Source: Octopus sinensis
Lineage: Eukaryota
Assembly (NCBI RefSeq): GCF_006345805.1
Contig: NC_042997.1
Location: 182,714,001 to 182,778,000 of the forward strand
Length of the DNA stretch: 64,000 nucleotides
Direction of reading: 5' to 3'
Positions 12,843-26,079 of this stretch are shown here, piece by piece (the stretch's first letter is position 1; each line of letters opens with the position of its first letter). The translations under genes were made by a program, and so were the position numbers. A model generated the notes under the pieces. The model made no database searches. It worked only from the letters and a program-made list of their open reading frames with translations, and was not told the DNA's origin.

Positions 12843-13551
12843 CAAGGGTTATTTAAGAGATAGTACAAAAAACATGTAGCCAACATGGAAACACAGAAGG
12901 AAAGGAGAACTAAGGGTATTAGAGAGATTTCATTTGGAAATTACATGAAGAATTAAGGAGAAGACAAAGGCTGAGAGAGAGAGATTAGGAAGTTATATAT
13001 CGAAGAGTCAATTTAAATAATTAGTTACGAAAGTACATATTAGTAAATAATGCATATTAATAATGAATGAAAGAATGAAACAATCATAAAAACAAGAGAA
13101 TATCTTAGCTTTGCAGTGCATAACTGGGTACCAATAGATACCAACACTTGAATGAGTTGCATGAAAATCTGAGAGGGGAAACATGTGAGAAAGATATTTT
13201 TATATATATGCTACGACCAGAAGTGGACATTATGAATGGGTATTTTCACCTTGGGCAGTAGAGAATAGCAGAGAATAGCACAAGAAGCCATAGTCAAAGG
13301 AAGGATTAAGAGATAATACGAAAAATATTTAACAAACACGAAACACAGAGGAGGAAAAAAAATTGGGGGGCAAGGGTTATTTAAGACATAGTATGAAAAA
13401 ATATGTAACCAACTTAGAAACACAGGAGGAAAGGAGAACTAAGGGTATTAGAGAGATTTCATTTGGAAATTACATGAAGAATTAAGGAGAAAACTAAGGC
13501 TGAGAGAGAGAGAGATTAGGAAGTTATATATTGAAGGGTCAATTTAAATAA
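12843..13551. repeat. Pair of ~180-bp direct repeats (12843-13021 and 13371-13551) in decayed LINE-like DNA
   Basis: CAAGGGTTATTTAAGA...GTCAATTTAAATAAT occurs twice ~528 bp apart. Confidence 0.85.
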
Positions 13552-13877
13552 TGTATGCTCAAACAGGTATGTGTATATTAAGATATTTAAGAATAGAGAT
13601 TAAGTGGTTTTGTAAATTAGGGGAAATCTGCCACAGTAAATATTTTACAGTTGGTTGGCAGGGTTCAGCAATAGACAATACATGAAACAGTTGTTGATTT
13701 AGGTAGGGCAAGTGTGTAGTTGGAAACTTTGAAGGACATAAGAATGGATTAGATAAAGTGGGGATATAAATCATAGTTGGACTAATACTTGCAGAGTGTT
13801 GGTGAGTAAAAACAGCTTTGTGACCTAGCTAGCTTACAGCTTATTGAAGTGTGTTAAATAATGATGTAAAAACCTAC

Positions 13878-13970
13878 CTCCAATGGCATCACAAAGTAGC
13901 GGTAGTCATGTAATGCTAACAACTTGAAGTTGGCATCATTTTTACTTTCGAAACACCACCGAAACACAGT
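13878..13970 (-). CDS. Exon 13 (TVFRWCFESKNDANFKLLALHDYRYFVMPLE)
   Basis: ttttatatttttccag acceptor, GTAGGT donor, 93 nt. Confidence 0.88.
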
Positions 13971-15637
13971 CTGGAAAAATATAAAAATAGGATTGTCTGA
14001 AAAAGAGAGAATGCTTTACAAACATCACAAACTGTGGCACTATTTTTAGGTGTCATATTTTGCTTTTGCATCCACTTCTTCTATGTGTCAGGCAAGACTT
14101 CTTGAGGCATTGTTCTATGGCATTTCCTGATGCCAACTTTTACTTGTCTTTACATGCTTTTACTGAGGTTTCAAATATATTATGTGGGAAACAAACAACA
14201 TTGCAGCATCCCAATCAATATTAATGTGAAAACACATGAAAAAACATGCATACATACACATACATATTCTGGACAATTTCCATTTACTGAGTTTCTTTTA
14301 CAATGCAATAGAAGATATTTATCCAACAGGTCACACATAGGGTATGAAATTTTATAGCAAATACACAGCTTAAGGCAATTATTGGATAGTTTTAAGAACA
14401 TCTGATGACTAGTTAAGAGACATAAAATTATAAATCATGGAACAGTAGTTAATTACAAAACTGCAACACAGTATATATATACATATACATATAGAAAAAT
14501 TAAGTTAGAGGTTATGCAACCATCTAAGGGATAAATGTATCCATAGGTTAACAGTAGTTGGTAATTTAAATGGTAAACCGTAGTTTAATATATTCAGATA
14601 AAAAAAGAAATAGAGCAACAATTAACAATTATACAAACATATACACACACACAAAAATAAATCTTGGTGGTGGGAATTATCTGTTCAAGGGAACATGGTA
14701 AAACCACACAAAATGTATTGCTCAAAGAATTACTACTGAATACAAATATGTTTTGTTAAAAAGAGTATAGGCAACCTTATTTGAATCCAGTGTTGTCATG
14801 TTTTAATGAGTCATCTAGAGCTATCTCCCCTGTCACATCATTAATAACCAGGTGGCGCTCTTATCCCGGATCGGAATAAATACTTCATGTACATGAAGTC
14901 TTCGAAAATTCTTACGAGTTGTTGTTGTTCCTCACTGGATTAATTCCTACAGCTATTGAAGGATGACCGAACATTATAGTAAATTAGTGGGCTAAAAGCT
15001 CTCTAAAAGAGTGAGTCCAACAAAAGATGTTTCATTTCATTCTTGTATGAGACAAATGCCAATATTGCTGGACTCACTGGTTTAATTAAACATATATTGG
15101 CTTGTTTCATTTAGCATCTGTTTTCTTATGCTAGCATAGTTCAGAAGCTCTTCTTACTGCCAATTCTTATTTTTATATGATTTTTAAGTAAGGGATTTTT
15201 TTTTTTATCTCAGAAGAATTAGAAAGTGCAGAGATAGCAGATAAATTGTTGACAGGAAATGTCAACAATTATCACTGTAATCATAGCTCAGTGTAGTTTG
15301 TAAACATTTACACACACACACACGTGTGTGCATCTGAGAATGTGTAGTGTCGTGTTTGTGTGTATGCTTCATGCAAATTAATTCCTAATAAATATGTCTC
15401 AGAGTGATACAAGGTTATACAACTGTAGAGAAGAGCTATACTGGATTGAACTGACAATAGTATGTGATTGATACTAATTTTAGTAACTCCTCAAGAATAA
15501 TATGCAAAGTCATACTCAGAAAGATTTGCCCTCAGGTTGTATTTCAGCGCATGTTCTAAGATTACATAAAAAGAAAAATGGAATATATTTATTTAATTTC
15601 AGGACGTAGAAAATATTTCAAAGAAAAATATAATTAC

Positions 15638-15706
15638 CCTATCAATTACTTCAACAACATCTGTAGCGTCACATTCAGCAGCATATTCCCGACTGTTCAG
15701 GTTAAA
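15638..15706 (-). CDS. Exon 12 (FNLNSREYAAECDATDVVEVIDR)
   Basis: tattttctcag acceptor, GTAATT donor, 69 nt. Confidence 0.88.
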
Positions 15707-15827
15707 CTGAGAAAATATAACAATTACTTCAGTTAAAAAACTACAAATGAAAAATAAGTCATTTTGTATTTTCATTAAAAAGTTAGTATAAAATGTTAAC
15801 TTAAAACATCCAGTGACTGAAGAATTA

Positions 15828-16313
15828 CCATAAATCATCAAGTATAGTCCGCCCTTGAGTATAATATGCAGGGGATTTTTAGGGGCTGTACCTCTGAAAA
15901 ACCTAAACCTTGTGTATAATACGCACCCCTTCTCTAACTTAAGTTAAGGAGGTCTATATAACGTCCTCGGTTTGTAAAAATGTATACGGTAATGTCCTTT
16001 ATTATTATTGTATATATAACAAATGTATATATGCAAACGTGTAGCTTTTTTGTGCATTTTGTTTGCAGAAAATAAAGAAATAACAGTAATAACGTTTAGT
16101 AAATGTTGCTAACTGCAAGTTATGGATGATTTAAGTTATTTTCGTGACTGACATCACAAAATGAGTCTGAATAAACATTGCCGGACAGCAAATAGAGACT
16201 TGGACATTGCTTAGAAAATAATTTTCATTTTTAACCTTGTATTTAGTACGCACTAGGGATTTTAACTTTCAAATTTTGGGAAAAAAATGCGGATTATACT
16301 TGAGGATTTATGG
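15828..16313. mobile_element. Tc1/mariner (pogo-like) MITE
   Basis: TA TSDs; TIR approx. CCGTAAATCCTCGAGTATA; three copies in the window. Confidence 0.8.
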
Positions 16314-16319
16314 TAGTTA

Positions 16320-16582
16320 CACAACATACTGGCATGGCATTGGTTACGATGACAAGTGTTCCAGTTGATCTGATCAATGGAATAGCCTGAGCATAAGATT
16401 AACGTGGAATTGGTTGAGCACTCCATAGACATGCGTAACCTTAACGCAATTCTCAGGGAGATTCAGCATGACACAGAATGGGACAAGGCTGGCTCTTTAG
16501 GGCACAATGCACTGCCAGGAATCGAACTCATGAACTTACAATCATGAGCTGAATATCCTAACCACTAAGCCACATGCCTCCA
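16320..16582 (-). mobile_element. tRNA-derived SINE (family D)
   Basis: Minus strand starts TGGAGGCATGTGGCTTAGTGGTTAGG..GAGTTCGATTCC (A/B boxes). Confidence 0.7.
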
Positions 16583-17342
16583 CAGTTACGCAACAAGGAA
16601 CTGGATAAGAGATATGGGTCAGGTATACATGAGTATTTTTCTCAGTCATTCTATGTTCATTCACAAAACTCCTACATACTTCACTAGTCATTCTAAAATC
16701 TGCAGTAAAGACTACACAACACTAAAGAGATCCAAATAGATCAAAACAGGTGGAGTTGTCAACATATTGCCAAAGTCACATTCACTTCCCAATTGCATTC
16801 CTTATTTAATTAAAATTTCAAGTTTTCTCCCCTGTATTTTTCTTTTTGTGATGGAATTTATGATTCTGAAAATTGTTCTCATCCATCAATTGAGATGAGA
16901 ATATATTTGATTATTTTATATAATATATATCAAATATATTTGAATATTTAATCAAATATATTATTTGATTTGGTTTGTTCTATAATGTATGTCAATGCCC
17001 ACTTTACTTTTCAGTTTTCCTGGAGTAGACACTGACAGGTACTTGTTACTACTCATTCATCCATACAGTTTACAACTGCTTAATTTAGGTCTAACAACAA
17101 ACCTAGGACTATAGTCAACTCCTAAATGAAGACACCTGGTTGTAATTTATATTGAAGTAGGAGTATTGCTTATAGTAAAACATCAGATCTCTGAATATCA
17201 CTGCATCCAGTTGCTTTATATCAGAACAATATGCAGTTAAGTTCAGAATATTGTGGTTGTTGTTGCTATTCTTAATTGACAAAAATTACCTTATTCTATA
17301 AATAACCTGGTTTGATTACTTAAGCATAGAAATTTTTCTTAA

Positions 17343-17562
17343 TTCTTTCATTACCAACCCGGCTGAAACCGGCTCTGGCTTTGAATACAAATGTTTTGTT
17401 TTCATAAGGTTTGAATTAAAATCTTCCACCAAACCTTATTCAGAATTTATATTCCTAACACTGGCTGAATGATAACCAAGTTATTTTACTAAATCCTTTG
17501 TTATATTTAAAGTAATTGAAAGGAACACAGAGCATCTCTAAATGAATACAGTAATGAAAGGG
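17343..17562 (-). mobile_element. piggyBac-type MITE, same family, inverted orientation
   Basis: Reverse complement of the 5702 copy; TTAA flanks; left TIR slightly decayed. Confidence 0.8.
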
Positions 17563-17714
17563 TTAAATATAAATTCAATAACAAAGATTATTTTCAGGAT
17601 CTAATTTCCAATTCACAAAGTAGCGTTAATCAAGAAAAGCAGGAAAATAAGGTATGTAGTAGTAAAAGATAATTTTAAAATAAAAAATTATATAAAAAAA
17701 CTCAAATCCTTTAC

Positions 17715-17819
17715 CTTATTTTTAGCAGTAATTAAGTTGGCACAACCTTTTTTAAGAATCACTTCAACAATCTCCTTTGGCACTAGGTAATCAATACAAT
17801 GTAAGATCACATTTTGTCC
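17715..17819 (-). CDS. Exon 11 (GQNVILHCIDYLVPKEIVEVILKKGCANLITAKNK)
   Basis: ttgtttttcag acceptor, GTAAAG donor, 105 nt; ankyrin-like. Confidence 0.92.
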
Positions 17820-18052
17820 CTGAAAAACAAATACATTAATTTATAACATGGACACAAGGTCACATACATTGGGGAGGTTTATAGTCGATTATATCAATAC
17901 TTGTACTTCACCGATATGCATTGTATTGACCTCAAAAGGATGAAAGGCAAAGTGGTATCCACTGGGATTTGAACTCAGATCATAAAGAAGCTATGACCAA
18001 ATACTGTGAGGCATTTTGTTCAATATTTTACTGATTCTGTCAATCCACCACA

Positions 18053-18141
18053 CTCACTCAAGGGCTGCCCTGGGTGACACTCACTCAGGGGCTGCCCTGG
18101 ATGGCACACACTCAAGGGCTGCCCTGGGTGGCACACACTCT
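18053..18141. repeat. 30-bp minisatellite x3 (CACTCAAGGGCTGCCCTGGGTGGCACA-type)
   Basis: Three tandem near-identical units; explains track ORF 18016..18303. Confidence 0.85.
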
Positions 18142-18199
18142 AACTACACCACTGTTGCTTCCACTTTAAATAACAAACACATTCGACAAGATTCTTTCA

Positions 18200-18760
18200 A
18201 AACTTTACTACTTCCCTTTACTTCTCTCATAGCTATGGACATATATGAACTAACTGTCAAAACATCTCTGGGAGCTTCAAAATGTCAAGGTTATCAACCC
18301 TGACAATATCTCTTCTATTAGCCTCAAATGTTACACACATGAACCAGTTCCTCCCTCATCAAACTCTGCAGTTTTTCTTTCACAGCAAAAATTCACTCCA
18401 ATCTCTTGAGGTATATCACAGTCTATCCAACCCCAAGCAGGCCAATCTTTTTGAACTTGCCAATACACTACAATACCTGGTTAATAGATGCTCTATCTTC
18501 TCCCTCTGTTTGCTTATTGTGTCACTATTACAACAACCTCTGTTATCTTGAAGTAGCTTGTTTCACATCACCACTACCCAGGCAAATCTAATAGGCCTGT
18601 CTCTGCTTCTCTCATCAATCTTATGGAATTCCATTCCCATGTTTTTTTTTCTTGTATTAAGCTTCAAGATGTCTCCAAGCTGAGGGTAACTTCCTCCCTT
18701 TATCAAACCAGCTTTGAAGGCCCCAAAAGAGATATGTGCACTGCCATCGTCTTCTGACTA
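18200..18760 (+). mobile_element. Decayed LINE RT C-terminal remnant (CR1/L2/Jockey group)
   Basis: CLLCHYYNNLCYLEVACFTSPLP resembles the LFYRYYNGxCSxEL motif of such LINEs. Confidence 0.45.
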
Positions 18761-18814
18761 AACAAAAACAAAAATTTCCCTATACGAAAATAATGAGATA
18801 TTTGTTCCACTTAC

Positions 18815-18934
18815 ACGATAGAATAGTTTAGACAAATTTTCAGGTCTATTTGGTATAGTTTTTTCAATCAATTCAGGAGATATAGGAGAAGTAGAGCAGT
18901 TCATGAGGACAGCAAAGAGCAGAGGAATATCAAA
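18815..18934 (-). CDS. Exon 10 (FDIPLLFAVLMNCSTSPISPELIEKTIPNRPENLSKLFYR)
   Basis: tttatctttcag acceptor, GTAAGT donor, 120 nt. Confidence 0.9.
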
Positions 18935-19539
18935 CTGAAAGATAAAGTATTCAAAATAACAGATTAGCACTTCCACCATATTGTTCTTTTGTAAGCACAA
19001 CTGCAGTAGTTGGTGTTGTTTCACCCCAAGTCAACCCTGGTCAAAGACACTCAGGCTATGATCATCCTATCTTATTTTCAAATACAGTGTATCGAGCAGT
19101 CCAGTATTCTATCTATCACTCCTGGTTACTATTTCTAGCAGATCAAATAACTACATTGCCTAAAAGGTCAATAGTTGTTTCTAGGCTGCAAGTCAGAACA
19201 GATTTATGATTGAGCAAAATTCCAGAGTGGTCACTGCTAGAATGCCTTTGAATGTCAAAAACATTTCTTATTCCACTGGTCTTCATATATAATGGAAATG
19301 CTGATCTATGGGTCATATGTTTTTTTGTTCAAACTGTGACAATATGAAGACACACACATATACATGACAGGCTTCCATATAGTTTCCATCTACTTGATTT
19401 CACTTATAAGGCACTGATCAGCTAGGAGTTAGAGTAGAAAACATTTGCCCAAAGTGCCATGCAGTTTGATGGAACCCAAAACCACTTGGTTGCAAAGCAG
19501 GCTTCTTAACCACATAGCCATGCCTGTGCCTTATACTCA

Positions 19540-19830
19540 TCACCATCATCGTCTAACGTCCGCTTTCCATGCTGGCATGGGTTGGATGAGTTGACTGAGG
19601 TCTGGCGAACCAGATGGTTGCACCAGTCTCCAATCTAATCTGGCAGAGTTTCTACAGCTGGATGCCCTTCCTAATGCCAACCACTCTGAGAATGTAGAGG
19701 GTGCTTTTATGTGTCACTGGCACGAGGGCCAGTCAGGTGGTACTGGCAACAGCCACGTTCAAATGGTGCTTTTTATGTGCCACCTGCACAGGAGCCAGTT
19801 CAGTGGTACTGGCAATGACCAGGCTCGAAC
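19540..19830 (-). mobile_element. Family B (RTE 3'-tail) copy
   Basis: Same diagnostic block and tail. Confidence 0.8.
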
Positions 19831-20465
19831 TAATTATTATTGCTGATAGAGAAAGTAAATGGTCACTAACTGTACTGTTTTATACTATACACTTATGCTT
19901 CAGTGTTCTTTGTTTATATCATGTCAGAGTCAAAAGAATATGTAAATATGTGATCAATTATATCAGCTATCTATAAATAGTCCTCTTAATTCATATGTTC
20001 CGTTTTCATACTCCTCACACTTAGAAAGTCTGATGAGTATGAAATTTGAAAAGAATAGATGAATTTTGATGTCTTCTTGTATACATATACGAAACTACTA
20101 TTTTGTTCTACAAGAAAAGAAAAATTTGACAGATATGAATCATGAAGACTGCCTGTACTCTCCCCAAATAAATTTTGTTTTGTCCTTAGACAAGAGAAGT
20201 CATATTTTATGACTAGTATTATCTGGATCTAGATTTTATATTTAATTTTACTTTTATTGTATCAACAAATAAAGAAAGGAAAGATTCATGATCTTTTTAC
20301 AGGACTGCTAACATTTATGGGGAAAAGAAAGAAGGAAGCACAATGTGTGAGTTTCAAGACCAGTGGATGATTTGTTGACAGGAAAAATGACATCTTTGCT
20401 TGTAGTTTAGCAACTTTTGAAGAAATACAAATGTAAACAAACACAGATACACATACATGTGTGTA

Positions 20466-20850
20466 CCGTAAATCCTCGAGTATAGTCTGCCCTTGAGTAT
20501 AATACGCAGGGGATTTTTAGGGGGCTGTACCTCTGAAAAACCTAAACCTTGGGTATAACATGCACTCCTTCTCTAACTTGAGTCAAGGAGGTCTATATAA
20601 CATCCTTGGTTTGTAAAAATGTATACAGTAACGTCCTTTATTATTATTGTATATATATCACAATGCAAATGTGTAGCTTTTTTGTGCATTTGGTTTGCAG
20701 AAAATAAAGAAATATTTGCTGGACAGCAAATAGAGACGTGGACATTGCTTGGGAAATAATTTTCATTTTTAACCTCGTATATAGTATGCACTAGGGATTT
20801 TGACCTTTAAATTTTGGGGAAAAATGCGGATTATACTCAAGGATTTACGG
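20466..20850. mobile_element. Tc1/mariner (pogo-like) MITE, internally deleted
   Basis: TA|CCGTAAATCCTCGAGTATA ... TATACTCAAGGATTTACGG|TA. Confidence 0.85.
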
Positions 20851-21829
20851 TATATCATCATCATCATCATTCAATGCCTGTTTTTCATGCTGGTATGGGT
20901 TGGCCAGTTCAAGAGGAGACAATAAACCAGGGGACTGCACCAAGCTCCAATGTTTGTTTTGGCATGGTTTTTTTTTTTTCATGATAATGGCACTAGTGAG
21001 GTCACCAAGTAACTTGCAAGGCAAGGCCTCTCAAATGATTGCAGGTTTAGTATAAAGAAAGGTGAAAATATGACAGAGAGACAGGAACAGGTATCTTGCT
21101 GAGGAGGAGATACATGGTTTTCCAAGATGAAAAATAAAGAGAGGTACAAAGTGAGTATAAGAGCACAAGAGTATGAAAGGAGTGTGACAGATGGTTAGAG
21201 ATGGAGATTGAGGTGGATACAGTGAATGGTGTACGTGGTTGGAAGTATGGTCAATGGTGAATATCAATTTTGCCAGGGGTGGGGATGAGGCAGAAGTGAA
21301 GGATATAGGAGTGGGTCAGAGAAGAGGTGACAAAGAACAGAAATGGAGAGGTGATGTGAAGTGTCAGGAGAGAAATGGTATCATTTACAGTTTCTAAGCG
21401 AGTAGTTCCATAGTGAATTATGGGGTAAGGCTTGACAAGTTTCTTTCAGTTTCCATCTACTAAATCCACCCATAAGGCTTTGGTTCACCCAGTAAACACT
21501 TGCCCAAGATGCTACGCAGTGTAACTGAACATGAACCTATGTGATTGCAAAGCAAACTATCTGAATCACACATTTATGCCTGCATCCTTACACATACACA
21601 CACATGTATATATGCATGTGTGTATGTAGATGTGCAATTGTCATATGTAAAAGATGAGAGCACTGAATGCTAGTCTGGTACAGTTTATTGTAATATAAAT
21701 ATTATAAATATAATATGATTGCCAAGATATGCTACAAATTGCTTCATGATGTTATGTCATATTTGTGAAATATATTATTCAGGTGTACAAACAGCCAACA
21801 ATATAATATAAACAGGAATAAATACATAC

Positions 21830-21946
21830 ATCATCTCCATCACACAAACTGGTATCTAGGCGTGCTCCATGAGCAATAAGAAGATCTGTCATTTTGGAAT
21901 TGTTATTACACAGTGCATAATAGAGTGGAGTAGCTCCTCGGTCACC
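21830..21946 (-). CDS. Exon 9 (GDRGATPLYYALCNNNSKMTDLLIAHGARLDTSLCDGDD)
   Basis: ttatttctgccag acceptor, GTATGT donor, 117 nt; canonical ankyrin repeat (GxTPL..A.....LL..HGA). Confidence 0.95.
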
Positions 21947-23562
21947 CTGGCAGAAATAAGGAGGAAATTACAGTTAGAAAATCAAATTTGAAGAATGGAA
22001 AAAAAAAGCACATGATTTTTTAAAGATATGAAGATTCAGATAAAACAGGAAGCTGTGATGCTCAAATCTTGTCAATGGCATTAAGCAGTTTCAAGTGTAA
22101 ATCAAAACAGAATCATGGACTCAGTTCATGAAGGACTTGGTCTAGATCATGATACTTGTTGAACTCATTCACTCACTACACATATGCCAATACATACTCT
22201 TATACATACATGGACACATTCAAGCAACTCACACAAATACTAGCATATAGCTAAACACTGAAACACACACCTGTAGAAAGACAGTAAGTGAAATGTGTAG
22301 GTGAAGATACTTTTGAAACAAAAGTCACACTGTACAGACACCAAAATGTGTTATCAAAAAAGATATAAACTTAACATTCACTTTTTCTCAACTAATAAAA
22401 GATTCAAGTTCATGTGACTTATGAAGTAAAAAAAAATGCTTAAAATTCAAGTTACAAGGATGGAAAACAACATGTAATTTGCAAATATATTTTAAATCCA
22501 GTGAATTGGCAAAGAAAAAAATAAGTAAGGAAAGAATCATCTTCAAACTTTATCAAACTTCAACCTTTTTTTGATTTACAGAAGTGCATCCTATATCTAA
22601 ATAATAAAGTTGTAGCAGGAAATGGTAGGAGGAACAGTGCATAAGAATAGTTCAAAATTCAATAATTTACTCTTTTGAAGGTTCATAGGACAACAAAATA
22701 GATTCTGTTTAAAAAAGCATAATTATTGGGATTAAAAAAAAATTTTTTTAACATTAAAAAAATGTTCAGTCTTTAATTCAAACTGACCACCATAATATTT
22801 ATTAGAATCTTTTCTTAAGTTATGTCCAAACACCAACTTAATATACCAATAACTGAAATAGATATTTTAGTAAATCATTCCAAATTCTTGGTTATTTTCA
22901 AAATTTATTGAAGCACATAGGTAGTGTCTCTCATATGGTAACTAAAGGGTTAAAGAGGTGCTCAGTATTCTAACGTAGTCACTAACATCACAGCTTTAGT
23001 GGGAGGAATCTTTCCAACTAGTGTGGTTGAGATCAGAACATTCTGACATGAAGCACTTACTTTTAAGATTGCAAAAGTATTCAATTCACACCAGCAGAGG
23101 AAACATCAGTGTAATAAAAAAAAAAGAAGAGTATATAAATAAACAAGAAAAAATACCTGCCTGCCCACAGATAATATTTTCAGAAATGACAACATTATTC
23201 CCTCTCAGGACTTACGCTCATAGATCTATGCAGAATTGCACCCAAGGACTTATGCTCTGGTTTCTATAACTTCAGAAAGTTGAACTATGAACTTTTAAGC
23301 TTCTTTTTTCTTCTCTCTTTCCATCTCCTTATTCTTTTACTCCCTTCCTCTATGTTGTCATATTATGAATATATACCATTCTCATTTTCCATACCCCCCC
23401 CCAATTTGTCTCTGATGATGGAATATCCCATACTCAAGGATATCCCAGAAACAGCTGTAAGATTTTGAATTTCTTCCTGTAATAATATTGTATATGATTT
23501 GAGATGTTTGCCTTGCCTTAATGCTTGATGTCCTGTTTAACAATTATATATATATACCATTC

Positions 23563-23875
23563 TGGAGGCGCAATGGCCCAGTGGTTAGGGCAGCGGACTT
23601 GCGGTCGCAGGATCGCGGTTTCGATTCCCAGATGGGGCGTTGTGAGTGTTTATTGAGCGGAAACACCTAAAGCTCCATGAACTCCAGCAGAGGGTGGTGG
23701 CGATCCCTGCTGTACTCTTTCACCACAACTTTCTCTCTCACTCTTTCTTCTGTTGGCCTGCTTGCTTAGCCAGTGGGGTGGGGTCATTTGAAGGCTAAAA
23801 CAATGTGAAGCGCATTGTGACCAGCGATGTGTAGCAACATCTGATAGCCTGGTCGGTCACGGTGATCACGGTGAT
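23563..23875 (+). mobile_element. Young tRNA-derived SINE
   Basis: TGGAGGCGCAATGGCCCAGTGGTTAGGG..GGTTTCGATTCCC head, CpG-rich body, CACGGTGAT repeat tail. Confidence 0.75.
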
Positions 23876-23974
23876 ATATATATATATATACTTATTTATA
23901 TATATACATACACATACATTAAACATAAACAAATTACATAGACAAATATAGTAATTTGTAACATAAAAAGATAA

Positions 23975-24365
23975 ATGTATTTATCTTTTATTTGTTTCAA
24001 TCATTAGACTGTGGCCATGGTTGGGTTCTATCCTGAAGAATTTTAGTCGAATGAATCGACCCTAGTACTTAGTTTGTTTTTATTTAAGCCTGGTACTTAT
24101 TCTATCAATCTCTTTTACCAGACTGCTAAGTTATGGGGGACATAAACACACCATCACCGGTTATCAAGTGGTGGTGGGGGACAAACAGATATAAAGACAC
24201 ACACACACACACATATACATCAGGTTACTTTCAGTTTCCATCTACCAAATCTACTCAAAAGCTTTGATCATCCCAAGGCTATAGTAGAAGACATTTGCCC
24301 AAGGTGCCATACAGTGAGACTGAATCTGGAACTAGATTCTTCTCTCCACATAGCCACACCTCGTA
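23975..24365 (-). mobile_element. SINE family C, full length
   Basis: 3' part + (CA)n + GGCTATAGTAGAAGACATTTGCCCAAGG CORE-like block + head. Partial copies near 7840-7945, 19370-19530, 21450-21590, 43312-43500. Confidence 0.75.
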
Positions 24366-24429
24366 TAAAATATTAAGATGTTTATGAAAAATAATTCAGA
24401 AATTCATAGCAAAGTATAATAATTCTTAC

Positions 24430-24522
24430 CCCATTTCGAAAATTCATATTCACTGGTTTTTTGGATTCAATAACTTCACTGACAAGAATTATGTCATCAG
24501 CAAGCACACCATGGGCCAAATC
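24430..24522 (-). CDS. Exon 8 (DLAHGVLADDIILVSEVIESKKPVNMNFRNG)
   Basis: ttttatattttag acceptor, GTAAGA donor, 93 nt. Confidence 0.9.
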
Positions 24523-25012
24523 CTAAAATATAAAATGAAAAATAACTGAATTGATTCTTTAGCAACATCAGTGTAATAAAAAATATCACAGGGGCTTGGA
24601 AAAGACAAGAATAAACAACAGCAAGCAAGACCAATCTTCGAAGAATTAAGAGGCAAAAATTTGTCTGAAAGGTGCCAAATCTTTTATCAAATGAACTCAA
24701 ATGGAAACAACTTTTCAGTGTCTCTTTTCCATATTAGTTTGGACAAAAGGGATTTAAATCTCCATTTATCTCAGCCCAGTGTCATTTCATCTAACAGAAA
24801 ATATTCTCAGAAATAACATCGTTCCCTACCATGAATCCATGTTGACCAATTTCTAATAATCTCTTATTAATGTGTTTTGGATCAGGTTAGTTATTTTTCA
24901 TAGTTATCCTTTTGAGTACCAATTACAGATAGAGGGCACATTTTACAGATAGTGACAACTATAGCTTGCAACCTCTCTACTTAAAAAAAAAAGAAAAAGA
25001 GAAATATGCTTA

Positions 25013-25524
25013 CAGTAAATCCTCGAGTATAGTCTGCCCTTGAGTATAATACGCAGGGGATTTTTATAGGGCTGTACCTCTGAAAAACCTAAACTTTGTG
25101 TATAATACGCACCCCTTCTCTAACTTGAGTCAAGGAGGTCTATATAACATCCCTGGTTTGTAAAAATGTATACGGTAATGTCCTTTATCATTATTGTATA
25201 TATAACATAATGCAAACATGTGGCTTTTTTGTGCATTTTGTTTGCAGAAAATAAAGAAATAACAGTAATAACGTTTATAAATAGTTGCTTACTGCAAGTT
25301 ATGGATGATTCTTTCATGACTTCATTGCTTTCAGGATTAGCTTAAGGTATTTTCGCACCCGATATCACAAAATGCGTCTGAATAAACATTGCCGGACAGC
25401 ATATAGAGACTCGGACATTGCTTAGAAAATAATTTTCATTTTTAACCTCGTATATAGTACGCACTAGGGATTTTGACCTTTAAATTTTGGGAAAAAAACG
25501 TGGCTTATACTCGAGGATTTACGG
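25013..25524. mobile_element. Tc1/mariner (pogo-like) MITE
   Basis: Same TIRs and TA flanks; 43 nt from the exon 7 donor. Confidence 0.85.
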
Positions 25525-25567
25525 TAAATAAGAAAAAGAAATAAGAAGATATCATTTAAAAACATAC

Positions 25568-25651
25568 CATAGATGGATTTATTTCACTAACTAAACGATC
25601 CATATTTTCAACACCATGCTCAATAGCAAGTTGTACCAAAGTTTTTCCATT
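25568..25651 (-). CDS. Exon 7 (NGKTLVQLAIEHGVENMDRLVSEINPSM)
   Basis: poly-T...ttacag acceptor, GTATGT donor, 84 nt. Confidence 0.92.
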
Positions 25652-25768
25652 CTGTAATTAATAAAAAAAAAAACCTCAGTTTGAAATTCAGTATCTTCTA
25701 GAATAATGTATTTTTTAAAGCGAGGAAACAATCAGAATTATAAGCAATTTGCTGTACTTTCTCCCTAC

Positions 25769-25855
25769 CTTCTCTATATCAGTTCTGCACCACTGATTAA
25801 CTAAACGTCGCACACTCATCAAATCATCATTTTCAACAGCATTCCACATCCCAGG
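25769..25855 (-). CDS. Exon 6 (PGMWNAVENDDLMSVRRLVNQWCRTDIEK)
   Basis: tttttctctgtttacag acceptor, GTAGGG donor, 87 nt. Confidence 0.92.
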
Positions 25856-26079
25856 CTGTAAACAGAGAAAAACAACTATGCAAAAAATTTAACAAGTTCA
25901 TGAATTTTTATAGAATACCAATTACATCTTACACAAGCCAAAACAGTCAAATTTACAAAAGATATTTTTGAGATATTCATGCTTTCTCCTTCAAATATTA
26001 GAATTTGAAATGGAATGTTTTCATCTGTATATTACATCTGTGTCATCTAAAGACTTCCAGAAGTTCTATTGGACTTTGA

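Noticed and set aside
12843-13551. TRIM / mini LTR element from the 180-bp direct repeats
   Set aside because: No TG..CA termini, PBS, PPT or TSD seen; treated as a local duplication.
14835-14975. CpG-containing block with 18-bp palindrome ACTTCATGTACATGAAGT as exon or regulatory site
   Set aside because: No compatible splice sites or frame; most likely a small TE fragment; a single short palindrome is weak evidence.
23395-23476. Possible extra exon EEIQNLTAVSGISLSMGYSIIRDKLG with AG/GT flanks
   Set aside because: 82 nt (frame-breaking unless the G run is miscalled), poor pyrimidine tract, would split the exon 8-9 ankyrin junction; it looks more like a mariner transposase HTH remnant.
24497-24700. 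Track ORF resembling a membrane protein (MSSFDKRFG...)
   Set aside because: Hydrophobicity comes from T-rich intron and polypyrimidine sequence; it overlaps true exon 8 in another frame.
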